From Candidatus Shapirobacteria bacterium (lineage in GTDB: Bacteria; Patescibacteriota; Microgenomatia; UBA12405): DNA of 64,000 bases. A model generated the notes under the pieces. That model saw only the letters and a program-made list of their open reading frames with translations, was not told the origin of the DNA and ran no database searches. Each line of letters begins with the position of its first letter. The first letter of the stretch is position 1. Below, piece by piece: positions 19,359 to 28,774 of this stretch. Position numbers and translations under genes: made by a program. The stretch is taken from the NCBI GenBank assembly GCA_009885205.1, contig VFLE01000055.1:11236-75235 (forward strand). Direction: 5' to 3'.

Positions 19359-20531
19359 TTATTTGATGATTTCGGTAATGGCACCAGCACCAACAGTTAG
19401 ACCACCTTCGCGGATAGCGAAACGGAAGCCTTTCTCCATAGCAACAGGTTTTATTAACTTGATAATAACGTTAGCGTTGTCGCCGGGCATGACCATTTCC
19501 ACACCTTCGGGAAGGGTAACATCACCGGTAACATCGGTAGTTCTAATAAAGACTTGAGGTCGATAACCAGTAAAGATTGGAGTATGGCGACCACCTTCTT
19601 CTTTTTTAAGTAAAAGGACTTCGGCTTTAAACTCGGTATGAGGAGTAATTGATCCTGGTTTGGCTAAAACTTGACCACGTTCAATATCGTCTTTTTCGAC
19701 TCCACGAAGGAGCAATCCGACATTATCACCAGCTTGACCTTGGTCAAGTTGTTTGTGGAACATTTCAACTCCGGTAACAACGGCTTTTTTGGTAGGACGA
19801 AGACCAACTATTTCAATTTCGTCGTTAATTTTGATAATACCGCGTTCAATTCGGCCGGTAGCAACAGTTCCTCGACCCTTGATCGAGAAAACATCTTCCA
19901 TCGGCATCAAGAAAGGTAGATCAAGTTCACGCTTAGGTTCAGGAATAGAGGTGTCTAGAGCCTCCATTAACTTTCCGATTGATTCGACACCATCAGCATC
20001 TCCATTGAGAGCTTTAAGTGCAGATCCACGGATAATTGGGATAGAATCACCTGGGAAACCGTATTTGGTTAACAAATCGCGGATTTCCATTTCGACGAGA
20101 TCTAAAAATTCTGGATCAGTAACGAGATCAACTTTGTTTAAGAAAACAACGAGAGCAGGAACGTTAACCTGTTTGGCTAACAAAACGTGCTCACGAGTTT
20201 GTGGCATGGGACCGTCTGGAGCAGAAACAACAAGAATTGCACCGTCCATTTGAGCAGCACCAGTGATCATGTTTTTGACATAATCGGCGTGACCAGGACA
20301 GTCAATGTGAGCATAATGACGGTTAACAGTCTCGTATTCAACGTGGGAAATAGCAATAGTAACAATCTTTGACGCATCACGAACAGTACCGCCTTTGGCG
20401 ATATCGGCGTATGATTTTGGATTACCTTGAACTTTTAAAATGGCCGCAGTTAAGGTAGTTTTTCCATGGTCGACGTGACCGATGGTACCAACGTTAACAT
20501 GGGGCTTGTTTCTTTTATATGTGTCTGCCAT
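19359..20531 (-). CDS. tuf: Elongation factor Tu
   Basis: [27 protein letters not shown]. Confidence 0.97.
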   Translation of the reverse strand: MADTYKRNKPHVNVGTIGHVDHGKTTLTAAILKVQGNPKSYADIAKGGTVRDASKIVTIAISHVEYETVNRHYAHIDCPGHADYVKNMITGAAQMDGAILVVSAPDGPMPQTREHVLLAKQVNVPALVVFLNKVDLVTDPEFLDLVEMEIRDLLTKYGFPGDSIPIIRGSALKALNGDADGVESIGKLMEALDTSIPEPKRELDLPFLMPMEDVFSIKGRGTVATGRIERGIIKINDEIEIVGLRPTKKAVVTGVEMFHKQLDQGQAGDNVGLLLRGVEKDDIERGQVLAKPGSITPHTEFKAEVLLLKKEEGGRHTPIFTGYRPQVFIRTTDVTGDVTLPEGVEMVMPGDNANVIIKLIKPVAMEKGFRFAIREGGLTVGAGAITEIIK

Positions 20532-20627
20532 ATTTTTTGAAGATTAAATTTATTAACAATTAATTATACGCGAAAAAGCTTTAAGATTGTATCAGCTGAA
20601 TACAACGTTTGCAAGAATGAGATTTGA

Positions 20628-22733
20628 CTATTTTGTACTAGTCTTAATAGTTAACTTTTCTTGTATATCACGAGGCACTGGATCGTAGTGTGATGGTTCC
20701 ATGTAGAATGAACCGCGACCTTGGGTGAGCGATCGGATGACAGTGGCGTAACCGCGGACGTTGTCGAGAGGGATAGTAGCAGTAATGGTAGTAAAACCAA
20801 AAGAGTCAGTAGTTCCGCCAATTTGACCACGACGAGAAGACAAATCGCCAATAACTGTGCCCATAAATTCGGAAGGAACGGCGACCTCCATTTTCATGAT
20901 TGGTTCGAGTACTAACGGATTGGCAAAACCAAAGGCATCTTTGATAGCATAGTTACCGGCTAATTTAAATGCTTGTTCGGATGAATCAACATCATGATAG
21001 GTACCGTCATAAACAGTGACTTTAATATCAGTACAGGGATAACCAGCGATAATACCCTTGGTTAGGGTTTCGCGAACACCTTTTTCGATGGCGGGAATAA
21101 AGTTGCTAGGAATGGCACCACCCTTGACGGCGTTAACAAACTCGATGCCTTCACCTCGGGCTTTGGGCTCGACATGAATTTTACAGTGTCCATATTGACC
21201 ATGACCACCAGATTGGTGGATATATTTACCCTCACCATCGGCATTAATCGAAATAGTTTCCCGATAAGCGACTTGAGGGGCACCTGTTTTGACATTGACG
21301 CCAAATTCACGACGGAGACGATCAACAATAATTTCGAGATAGAGTTCACCCATACCAGCGATGATGGTTTGACCAGTTTCATGATTGAAAGAGACTTGAA
21401 AAGTAGGATCTTCTTGAGATAACTTATTTAAGGCTTGACCCATTTTTTCCTGATCATCGGCAGTTTCTGGCTCAATAGAGAGGGAAATAACTGGTTCGGG
21501 AAACTGAATTGGGGATAAAGAAATAGGATGATTTTTATCGCAAAGAGTGTCGCCGGTGTAAGAATCTTTAAGGCCGATACAGGCAATTATTTCTCCAGCA
21601 TAACCCTCTTCTAGACCTTCGCGCTTGTCAGCGTGCATGAGCAGTAAACGGCCGATTCTTTCGGACTTTTGACGAGTTGAGTTATAAACTTCGGTACCAG
21701 TTTTGATGGTGCCCGAGTAAACACGAACATAGGAAAGAGTCCCAACGTGGGCATCGGTTTGAACTTTAAATAAAAGAGCCGAAAGAGGTTCATTATTCTC
21801 TGGTTTACGATAAAGTTTTTCACCAGTGCTTACGTCAAATCCCTCGATTGGAGGAAGGTCTAAAGGAGAAGGTAAGTAGTCGATAATAGCTTCTAAAATA
21901 GGATGAATACCTTTGTTGCGCCAGGCGGCTCCACAGTAAACTGGAAATAATTTTAATTTGATAGTGGCGGCACGGAGGGCAGATTTTAGTTCTGGTATAG
22001 AAATTTCCTCGTCATTTAAAAATTTTTCCATTAATTGTTCGTCTTCGCCAGCAATTTTTTCAACCATGACCGCTCGGGCTTTTTTGGCGGCTTCTAAATA
22101 CTCGGGAGTGACGTCTTTGACCGTAAATTCCATACCTTCTGGATCTTTGTCGTAGACAATCATTTTCATTTCCATTAAATCGATGACCCCAACATGGGCG
22201 TGTTCTTCACCAATTGGTAGAACAACAGGAACAATAGGACAGCGAAGTTTTTGGGTTATAGAATCGAGAGTGTTTTGAAACGAGGCCCCAACTTTGTCCA
22301 TTTTATTGACAAAAGCAATCCGAGGCACGCCATATTTGTCAGCTTGACGCCAGACAGTTTCAGATTGGGCCTGAACCCCAGCATTGCCGTCAAAAATCAT
22401 GATAGCGCCATCGAGAACGCGAAGTGAGCGTTCGACTTCGGCGGTAAAGTCAACGTGGCCGGGAGTGTCGATAATGTTGATACGATGATCTTTAAAAAAG
22501 GTGGTAATACAGGCAGATTGGATGGTGATTCCCCTTTCCCTTTCTTGGACCATGGAATCGGTAGTGGTAGTTCCTTCATCAACAGAACCAATTTTGTGAA
22601 TTTTACCAGTATAAAAGAGTAAACGTTCGGTAGTAGTAGTTTTACCGCCATCGATATGAGCAATAATACCGATGTTTCGGACTTTGTTCATGGGAACTGA
22701 ACGTTTTTTGGTGACAACAATTGCATCTGGCAT
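20628..22733 (-). CDS. fusA: Elongation factor G
   Basis: AHIDGGKTT, RGITI, DTPGHVDF, SGGHGQYG. Confidence 0.97.
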   Translation of the reverse strand: MPDAIVVTKKRSVPMNKVRNIGIIAHIDGGKTTTTERLLFYTGKIHKIGSVDEGTTTTDSMVQERERGITIQSACITTFFKDHRINIIDTPGHVDFTAEVERSLRVLDGAIMIFDGNAGVQAQSETVWRQADKYGVPRIAFVNKMDKVGASFQNTLDSITQKLRCPIVPVVLPIGEEHAHVGVIDLMEMKMIVYDKDPEGMEFTVKDVTPEYLEAAKKARAVMVEKIAGEDEQLMEKFLNDEEISIPELKSALRAATIKLKLFPVYCGAAWRNKGIHPILEAIIDYLPSPLDLPPIEGFDVSTGEKLYRKPENNEPLSALLFKVQTDAHVGTLSYVRVYSGTIKTGTEVYNSTRQKSERIGRLLLMHADKREGLEEGYAGEIIACIGLKDSYTGDTLCDKNHPISLSPIQFPEPVISLSIEPETADDQEKMGQALNKLSQEDPTFQVSFNHETGQTIIAGMGELYLEIIVDRLRREFGVNVKTGAPQVAYRETISINADGEGKYIHQSGGHGQYGHCKIHVEPKARGEGIEFVNAVKGGAIPSNFIPAIEKGVRETLTKGIIAGYPCTDIKVTVYDGTYHDVDSSEQAFKLAGNYAIKDAFGFANPLVLEPIMKMEVAVPSEFMGTVIGDLSSRRGQIGGTTDSFGFTTITATIPLDNVRGYATVIRSLTQGRGSFYMEPSHYDPVPRDIQEKLTIKTSTK

Positions 22734-22849
22734 AGGTTAAATAAATTTAAAATTTAGAATTTAAAAAACTAATAAAATAAAAAAATGAGCACTAAAAAGC
22801 CACATTTAAGTGAAATATGATAACACGAAAATATAAAAATTAATTGGTT

Positions 22850-23143
22850 TTAAATCTTTTTTTGTAAAATTCGATAAAAAGTTATGATTGAATATGGAAT
22901 AATTAAAAAAAATAAATATTCTTCAATGGGTAAATAGCCAATTGTTAAACCAATTAAACCAGTACCATTAAAACTCCAATGGCCACGATAAACAGCAAAA
23001 CTGTCCCACAGGGTACCAATAACAAAAAAAATTAAAGGAATTTGCAAACTTTCTTTCCGAGACTGATATAGATGAACGTGTAATTTCCAGTCAAAATATA
23101 GGGTAAATAAAAAAACTAACAATAAAATTGATATATATTCCAT
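22850..23143 (-). CDS. Lycopene cyclase domain-like small membrane protein
   Basis: WD..AV..GHWSF and LPIEEYLFF motifs typical of CrtYc/Yd-type domains. Confidence 0.7.
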   Translation of the reverse strand: MEYISILLLVFLFTLYFDWKLHVHLYQSRKESLQIPLIFFVIGTLWDSFAVYRGHWSFNGTGLIGLTIGYLPIEEYLFFLIIPYSIITFYRILQKKI

Positions 23144-23179
23144 AGCTTTATTTTAAAGTATATGATTTATAATTGTTCA

Positions 23180-24376
23180 ATGAATATTGCCATTGTTGGA
23201 GCGGGGATGACGGGATTGGTGGCAGGGTACAGGCTGAGTCAGAAGGGCCATGGGGTAACTATTTTTGAAAAAAGTAATGATATTGGGGGATTGATGGGGG
23301 GATTTAAAATTGGAAAAACTTCACTCGAAAAAGCCTATCATCATATTTTTTCGACAGACAATTATATTATTGATTTGGCAAAAGAGTTAAATTTATTTAA
23401 CAAAATATCGTGGCATGAGGAAAAGACGGCTTTGTTTTATGAGGGTGTGGTTTACCCATTTATGGGGATAATTGACCTATTAAAGTTCAAACCGTTGGAT
23501 TTTATCTCTAAAGTTAGACTGGGTTTAGTTAAAATATGGTTACAAAAAGATAATAATTGGCAAAAGTATGAGAACGAATTGGCCTATTTATGGATGAAAA
23601 AGTGGTGTGGTGAAAAGGCTTATAAAGTAATTTGGGAGCCGTTATTGCGAGGCAAGTTTCATGAAAAATATAAAGAAGTGTCCATGGCCTGGCTCTGGGC
23701 GCGGATTCACACTCGAGGAAATTCATCTAAACTAGGCTATTTTGAAGGAGGATTTAGAATTATGGCGGATGCACTTGCGAAACGGATAAAAGATAAAAGA
23801 GGAGAGATTAAACTAAACTTCAATGTTCAAACTTCAAACTTCAAAACAGAAGAATTTGACAAAGTTTTATATACAGGGGCAAGCAAAGAAATAGATTATT
23901 TGGGGGCGATTTGTGTAATATTTACCAGCAAACAAAGTTTAAGTAAATTTTATTGGCATAATATTAATGACAATAAATCCCCTTTCTTGGCTTTTATTCA
24001 ACATACTAATTTGATTGATAAAAAACAGTACGGGGGAAAACATGTTTATTACATGGGGACTTATATTCCAAATGAAGGTGGATTGATGGACAAATCAGAT
24101 GATCAAATTAAAAAACAGTTTTTTGATTATTTAAAAAATATATTTCCAAAATTTGATGAAAAAAAGATTGAGGAAAATTGGGTATTTAAGTTTAAAAATG
24201 CACAACATATAGTGACAAAAAACTACAAAACACCAATCCGCCAGATGGCGGACAAACTTCAAAAAAATATTTATCAATCTAATTTTGCGCAGATTTATCC
24301 GGAGGACCGTGGCACAAACTTTGCCGTCCGCGAGGGAAATAAAATTGCTAAAGTGATATTATCTAGCCATGAATAA
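23180..24376 (+). CDS. FAD-dependent oxidoreductase (amine oxidase/protoporphyrinogen oxidase-like)
   Basis: GAGMTG dinucleotide motif, GGL, YHHIF, YPEDRG; start at ATG 23180. Confidence 0.8.
   Translation: MNIAIVGAGMTGLVAGYRLSQKGHGVTIFEKSNDIGGLMGGFKIGKTSLEKAYHHIFSTDNYIIDLAKELNLFNKISWHEEKTALFYEGVVYPFMGIIDLLKFKPLDFISKVRLGLVKIWLQKDNNWQKYENELAYLWMKKWCGEKAYKVIWEPLLRGKFHEKYKEVSMAWLWARIHTRGNSSKLGYFEGGFRIMADALAKRIKDKRGEIKLNFNVQTSNFKTEEFDKVLYTGASKEIDYLGAICVIFTSKQSLSKFYWHNINDNKSPFLAFIQHTNLIDKKQYGGKHVYYMGTYIPNEGGLMDKSDDQIKKQFFDYLKNIFPKFDEKKIEENWVFKFKNAQHIVTKNYKTPIRQMADKLQKNIYQSNFAQIYPEDRGTNFAVREGNKIAKVILSSHE
24237..24252. repeat. Mini-palindrome TCCGCCA-GA-TGGCGGA within CDS
   Basis: GC-rich inverted repeat in an AT-rich gene, next to a CAAACTT heptamer. 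Confidence 0.6.
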
Positions 24377-24878
24377 AATTGATTTGATAATTGGTGATTG
24401 GAATTTATTTTTAAATAAAATTTTTTCTAATTTAAAATCAGTAAATATTGATGTTAAAGAATTTGACCTCGACCACATAGCTTATCGGGCAACAACAAAT
24501 GAGATGTTTGAATCAATGTCGTTAAAACTTGCGGAAATCGGAAATAAAATCCATCGAATAATAATTCGAAATCGTTTTATAGACATATATCAATTGAATG
24601 ATGAAATAGAATACAAAAATAGAAAAATTAAATTTATTGAGTTAATGGCACCAGCAGAAGGTGATCAATTTAGGCCAGGACTGGAACATGTCGAATTTGT
24701 AATTCAAGATAATCTCTATGGATTTGTGAAAAAACACAATAATATTAACTGGAATGTAAAATCAATTGACCGAGAAATTGGGGCTGAAGTCGGAATACTA
24801 TTTGGAAATGGAGCTAGTGTGAAATTCAAAAACCAAAATTTACTCAAAATCTTTCGGTTGGAAGACCAAAAGAATTAA
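24369..24878 (+). CDS. VOC/YecM-family metalloprotein
   Basis: LDHIAYR, IEL..P, GLEHVEFVI, VKF. Confidence 0.75.
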   Translation: MNKIDLIIGDWNLFLNKIFSNLKSVNIDVKEFDLDHIAYRATTNEMFESMSLKLAEIGNKIHRIIIRNRFIDIYQLNDEIEYKNRKIKFIELMAPAEGDQFRPGLEHVEFVIQDNLYGFVKKHNNINWNVKSIDREIGAEVGILFGNGASVKFKNQNLLKIFRLEDQKN

Positions 24879-25738
24879 ATTAATTGCTTCTTTAATTCTA
24901 AAAGACCTTCGATAAGGGTTTTTGGAGAATAGCCAAAGTCGGTGATAAATTTTTGATTGGATAAAGATAAATTTGGGGCGTAGGGGCGGGCGTTGGGAGT
25001 CTTTAAATAATCGGCTAACGACGACGGTTGAACTAAGTTTTGGTCAAAATTAAAAGTTTGAGCGATTAATTTACCCATTTCATAAACTGATTGAGAAGAA
25101 GAACCGACTAGATGATAAATACCTGATTTGGTGTCATTAATTATTTTTCGTAGACCTAGGGCAATATCGTCGATAAAAGTAGGAGTGGTGATTTGATCGG
25201 TAAATAATTTACAGGTTTCGTTATTTTTTAATTTACTTATTATTTTTCTAACTAAATCTATTTTTAAATCGAACTTGGCGCGGTAGGGTGAGGCGATGCG
25301 AATAATAGTAAAATTGTTGGGAATTAATTTTTCGGCCAAATCTTTGGTTTGGGCATACCAGTCTAAAGGCTTTGGAATATCAGTTTCGATGTAGGGAGTG
25401 TCTTTTGAACCATCAAAAACATAGTCGGTGGAAATATGGATTAAATGTTTGCCGTACTTTTGACATAAATTAACAATATTTTGAGTGCCGACAACGTTGA
25501 GTTGATAGCAGAGACCGTTTTTATCCCCTTTTTGATCCCAGGCGGCATTGGTGTCAGTAAAGGCGGCTAAATGTAAAACAACATTGCCAGTAAAATGGGC
25601 AAAGACTGATTCTAAAGTCTCTGGTTTTAAAATATCAAAACCAGTATCGATGGATAAATCGGTAAAATTTATGTCAGGATTTAGCTCGACTATACGAGAA
25701 CCAACTAGACCAGATAAACCTGTACCAATTATTTCCAT
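24875..25738 (-). CDS. rmlD: dTDP-4-dehydrorhamnose reductase
   Basis: TGLSGLVG, HISTDYVFDG, YAQTK; start at ATG 25738. Confidence 0.88.
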   Translation of the reverse strand: MEIIGTGLSGLVGSRIVELNPDINFTDLSIDTGFDILKPETLESVFAHFTGNVVLHLAAFTDTNAAWDQKGDKNGLCYQLNVVGTQNIVNLCQKYGKHLIHISTDYVFDGSKDTPYIETDIPKPLDWYAQTKDLAEKLIPNNFTIIRIASPYRAKFDLKIDLVRKIISKLKNNETCKLFTDQITTPTFIDDIALGLRKIINDTKSGIYHLVGSSSQSVYEMGKLIAQTFNFDQNLVQPSSLADYLKTPNARPYAPNLSLSNQKFITDFGYSPKTLIEGLLELKKQLI

Positions 25739-26271
25739 GAATCGAAAGTGGGTAATAATTTGTCTTTGTCGGATAAGACGGGAACAACATCCAGAGGCCA
25801 AGTGACATTTAAGGTTAGGTCGTTCCAAATAATTCCCCGTTCGGATGGTTTATCATAATAATTATCGCATTTATAGGAAAAAATTACGTCTGGAGTGAGA
25901 GTTATAAAACCGTGAAGAAAATCACGGGGGATAAAAAGCATATGATTGTTTTCACCTGATAATTCAAACCCCTCCCAAACACCAAAAGTAGGCGAGTTGG
26001 GTCGCATATCAACGGCGACATCAAAAATTTTACCTTGAATTACTCTAACTAATTTGGCTTGGGATGATTCCCCCGCTTGTAAATGTAAACCTCGGAGAGT
26101 ACCAATTTCTGCTGAAAAAGATTGATTATCTTGGACAAATTTGGCAGTAATACCAGCTTGGTTAAAAACTTTCTCACTATATGATTCAAAAAAGTTGCCA
26201 CGATTGTCACCAAAAACTTGGGGTTTGATCAAAAATAAATCTTTGATTTTTGATGACTCAATAAATTCCAT
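25729..26271 (-). CDS. rmlC: dTDP-4-dehydrorhamnose 3,5-epimerase
   Basis: FGDNRG.F, VQDNQS, LRGLH, DVAVDMR, YKCDNYY. Confidence 0.93.
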   Translation of the reverse strand: MEFIESSKIKDLFLIKPQVFGDNRGNFFESYSEKVFNQAGITAKFVQDNQSFSAEIGTLRGLHLQAGESSQAKLVRVIQGKIFDVAVDMRPNSPTFGVWEGFELSGENNHMLFIPRDFLHGFITLTPDVIFSYKCDNYYDKPSERGIIWNDLTLNVTWPLDVVPVLSDKDKLLPTFDSWK

Positions 26272-26273
26272 TT

Positions 26274-27641
26274 TTATATAGTTGGAGTTGGAGTGGGCTT
26301 AGGAGTACTAGTAGCAACCTTGGTTGGGGTGACGGTTGTTTTTGGAGTTGGAGTGGTAGCAGTAGTGGGGGCGGCAGCACCGGTTTTGAGGTCGGTACCA
26401 ATGACAAAGACGACATCATAAGTGGAATTTGCCTTAAGATCGGTAATAGTAGCACCAGTGAAATCAGAAATCTTGCTGGTAAAATAGGCCGAAGAAGTAG
26501 AAAGTGATGGTTTTATTTGAATAGTATTGGCAGTAACTTTTTCGGTGGCATTGCCAATGTTGACACTAGTAAAACCTAATTTAGTTAATTTTTCCTTAAT
26601 CACGGCGGCTTGACCACTAATATCAGTGGCATTTAAGACCTGTAATTTTAGAGATTTTGATGGTTCAGTAACAATAATAGATGGGGTAGGAGTAACATCG
26701 ATGACATCAGTGGGAATGGGGGTAATCATGGCAACTTTAGGATCGGTGATATCACTGGGGTTATTATTTTGATTAAGAGCAAACCAGACGATAACGGCGG
26801 CAATAATAGCGGTAAATAAAGCAACTGCGATGATGGGGAGAATATTTTTTTTGTTTTCCATAGGTGCCCCTATTATACCAGCAACCGGAAGGGGAAGGTT
26901 GCCCTGAAATTTTAAATCAACAACTACCTGTGAATCGGTATAAATTGATTTTTCGATGTCGGGAACGTCAAAAATTGGTTCGAGAGAGGTAGGGAGAAAA
27001 ACCTTGGTAGCTGGGGTACCAAAATAGGCTTGAGAGTAATTGATAATCTTTTTGATATCGGGAAGTGATTTTTTGACGATTGAGGTGAGGTAGACCTTGC
27101 CTTGAAAACCCAAGGTGACGAGATATTCTGATTCGAGTGGGTAAAAAACAAAATAAGGTTTATCATAAAAGTTGTCAAAAAGTTTTATTAATCCCTCAGA
27201 CAAGGCAAAATATGATAGTTTTAAGTTTAGAGCGGTTAGATTTTTTAGGAGAGGGGCCAGTTTGACTTGATCAAAAATACGAGCTTGGATTAAGGTTTTG
27301 TCGCCTTGGGGGACAATTTCGTAAGTAACTTGGGAGGGAATAATTTCAAAGGGAGCAGTACCCTTAGCCAAGGTAACGACTTCGTCGAGGCTGACAGAGG
27401 TGACTTTTTCATCATAAACAAAAGATCGGGTAAAAACAACACTATCATCAATTAAGACCGAAGCTCCCAATATTTTTTTACTTTTTAAATAGACGGATAA
27501 ACGGGCTAATTCGGATTCTGTTTGCTCTGCCCATAAATTTATTTCAAAAGAAATTGAATTGTCATTATTTTTGGCAAAATAAATTGATAGATTTTCGGCC
27601 TTGGGCCAAAAGACAATTTTGGAGAGATTGGTTGATGACAT
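26274..27641 (-). CDS. Membrane protein with LytR C-terminal-like domain and P/T-rich tail
   Basis: Single TM; LQVLNAT.ISGQA, GNA, YDVVFVIG. Confidence 0.7.
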   Translation of the reverse strand: MSSTNLSKIVFWPKAENLSIYFAKNNDNSISFEINLWAEQTESELARLSVYLKSKKILGASVLIDDSVVFTRSFVYDEKVTSVSLDEVVTLAKGTAPFEIIPSQVTYEIVPQGDKTLIQARIFDQVKLAPLLKNLTALNLKLSYFALSEGLIKLFDNFYDKPYFVFYPLESEYLVTLGFQGKVYLTSIVKKSLPDIKKIINYSQAYFGTPATKVFLPTSLEPIFDVPDIEKSIYTDSQVVVDLKFQGNLPLPVAGIIGAPMENKKNILPIIAVALFTAIIAAVIVWFALNQNNNPSDITDPKVAMITPIPTDVIDVTPTPSIIVTEPSKSLKLQVLNATDISGQAAVIKEKLTKLGFTSVNIGNATEKVTANTIQIKPSLSTSSAYFTSKISDFTGATITDLKANSTYDVVFVIGTDLKTGAAAPTTATTPTPKTTVTPTKVATSTPKPTPTPTI

Positions 27642-27731
27642 AAATTAATGATAGCAGAAAAAAATAAAAATATTTTGTGATTGGGTGATAAGTTTTTGAT
27701 TTTGTTTACTAATTTTGCTTGGGATATAGTG

Positions 27732-27759
27732 GTAGAGACGCCCCGCGGGGCGTCTCTAC
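27732..27759. repeat. GTAG palindrome 4 (core CCCCGCGGGG)
   Basis: Perfect 28-bp palindrome with the same core as copy 1. Confidence 0.95.
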
Positions 27760-27826
27760 ATGAAAATTCCAAACAACAATAATTTACGAAAGTCAAAAGA
27801 CCACCCAAACAAAAATTGCTAAAGAA

Positions 27827-28105
27827 CTATTTACAATCAGTGATATCAAGTTTTACGGCCTCAGAGTTTCGAAGAATACAGCCAGTTGAACTAAGTTGCG
27901 TTATACCCCGACAACCGTCTAATATACCTGCACCAATAATTTGTTCTACTGGAATAACACATTTAGCTTTACCAACGGTATCTTCTTGATATGGTTCTCG
28001 ACTAACAATGGGAACTAATTTTGCAATTTCTTCGTCTGAAAGACCTCGTAAAACTGGGCAAAAATTGCGAACGTCAGCTAATTTATGCATAGCATATATT
28101 AACAT
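27827..28105 (-). CDS. Hypothetical Cys-containing protein (start uncertain)
   Basis: ORF only. Confidence 0.45.
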   Translation of the reverse strand: MLIYAMHKLADVRNFCPVLRGLSDEEIAKLVPIVSREPYQEDTVGKAKCVIPVEQIIGAGILDGCRGITQLSSTGCILRNSEAVKLDITDCK

Positions 28106-28111
28106 AACCAA

Positions 28112-28135
28112 AAATCCCCCATTTCTGGGGGATTT
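28112..28135 (-). terminator. Rho-independent terminator after rpsG
   Basis: AAATCCCCC-6nt-GGGGGATTT hairpin with a T run on the minus strand. Confidence 0.7.
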
Positions 28136-28153
28136 AAAAATCAATTGATTTAT

Positions 28154-28636
28154 TTACCATCGCATGTGGGCGAAGGCTTTGTTGGCTTCAGCCATACGTT
28201 CGACTTCGGTGCGTTTGCTGATTGAAGCACCTTCGTTGTTGAGAGCTGATTGGAGCTCGGCGGCGAGCTTGAGACCAAAAGAGTGATATTGTTTATTGGC
28301 CTTAGCGCGGGCAGAATTAATTAACCAGCGAATAGCCAGGGAATATTGACGACTACCTCGAACTGGAGTGGGAACTTGGTAGACAGCACCACCAATGCGA
28401 CGAGGACGGACCTCGACTTTTGGTTTAATATTGTCCAAAGCTTGTTCGAGAGTGACCAGAATATCTTCACTTTTAGTTTCTTTTTTAAGAATTTCTAGGG
28501 CTTGATAAACTTGTTTTTGGGCAGCTGACTTTTTGCCGTCCATAATTGAGCGGTTAATAAGCTTGGCGACTATTTCACTGTGATAAAGAACATCGGGTTC
28601 TAAAATTCGTGGAGTTATTTGACCTTTTCTGGACAT
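28154..28636 (-). CDS. rpsG: 30S ribosomal protein S7
   Basis: DGKKS, RRIGGAVYQVP, MAEANKAFAH. Confidence 0.96.
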   Translation of the reverse strand: MSRKGQITPRILEPDVLYHSEIVAKLINRSIMDGKKSAAQKQVYQALEILKKETKSEDILVTLEQALDNIKPKVEVRPRRIGGAVYQVPTPVRGSRQYSLAIRWLINSARAKANKQYHSFGLKLAAELQSALNNEGASISKRTEVERMAEANKAFAHMRW

Positions 28637-28639
28637 AAA

Positions 28640-28762
28640 TTTAAATTTCAAATATCAAATTTACAAGTTCCAATCAAGTTCCAAATTTTCAAATTCCAAA
28701 TTGGAAATTGTTATTTGTTGATTGTGATTTGTTTGGAAATTGTTTTTTTGGAAATTGTTTTT
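28640..28762. repeat. Inverted heptamer tracts between rpsL and rpsG
   Basis: CAAATT/CAAGTTC-like repeats followed by TTGGAAATTG-like complementary repeats. Confidence 0.7.
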
Positions 28763-28774
28763 TAATGAATAATT

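Noticed and set aside
27539-27808. 89-aa ORF containing RDAPRGVST
   Set aside because: Overlaps the next gene out of frame and is explained by the intergenic repeat.
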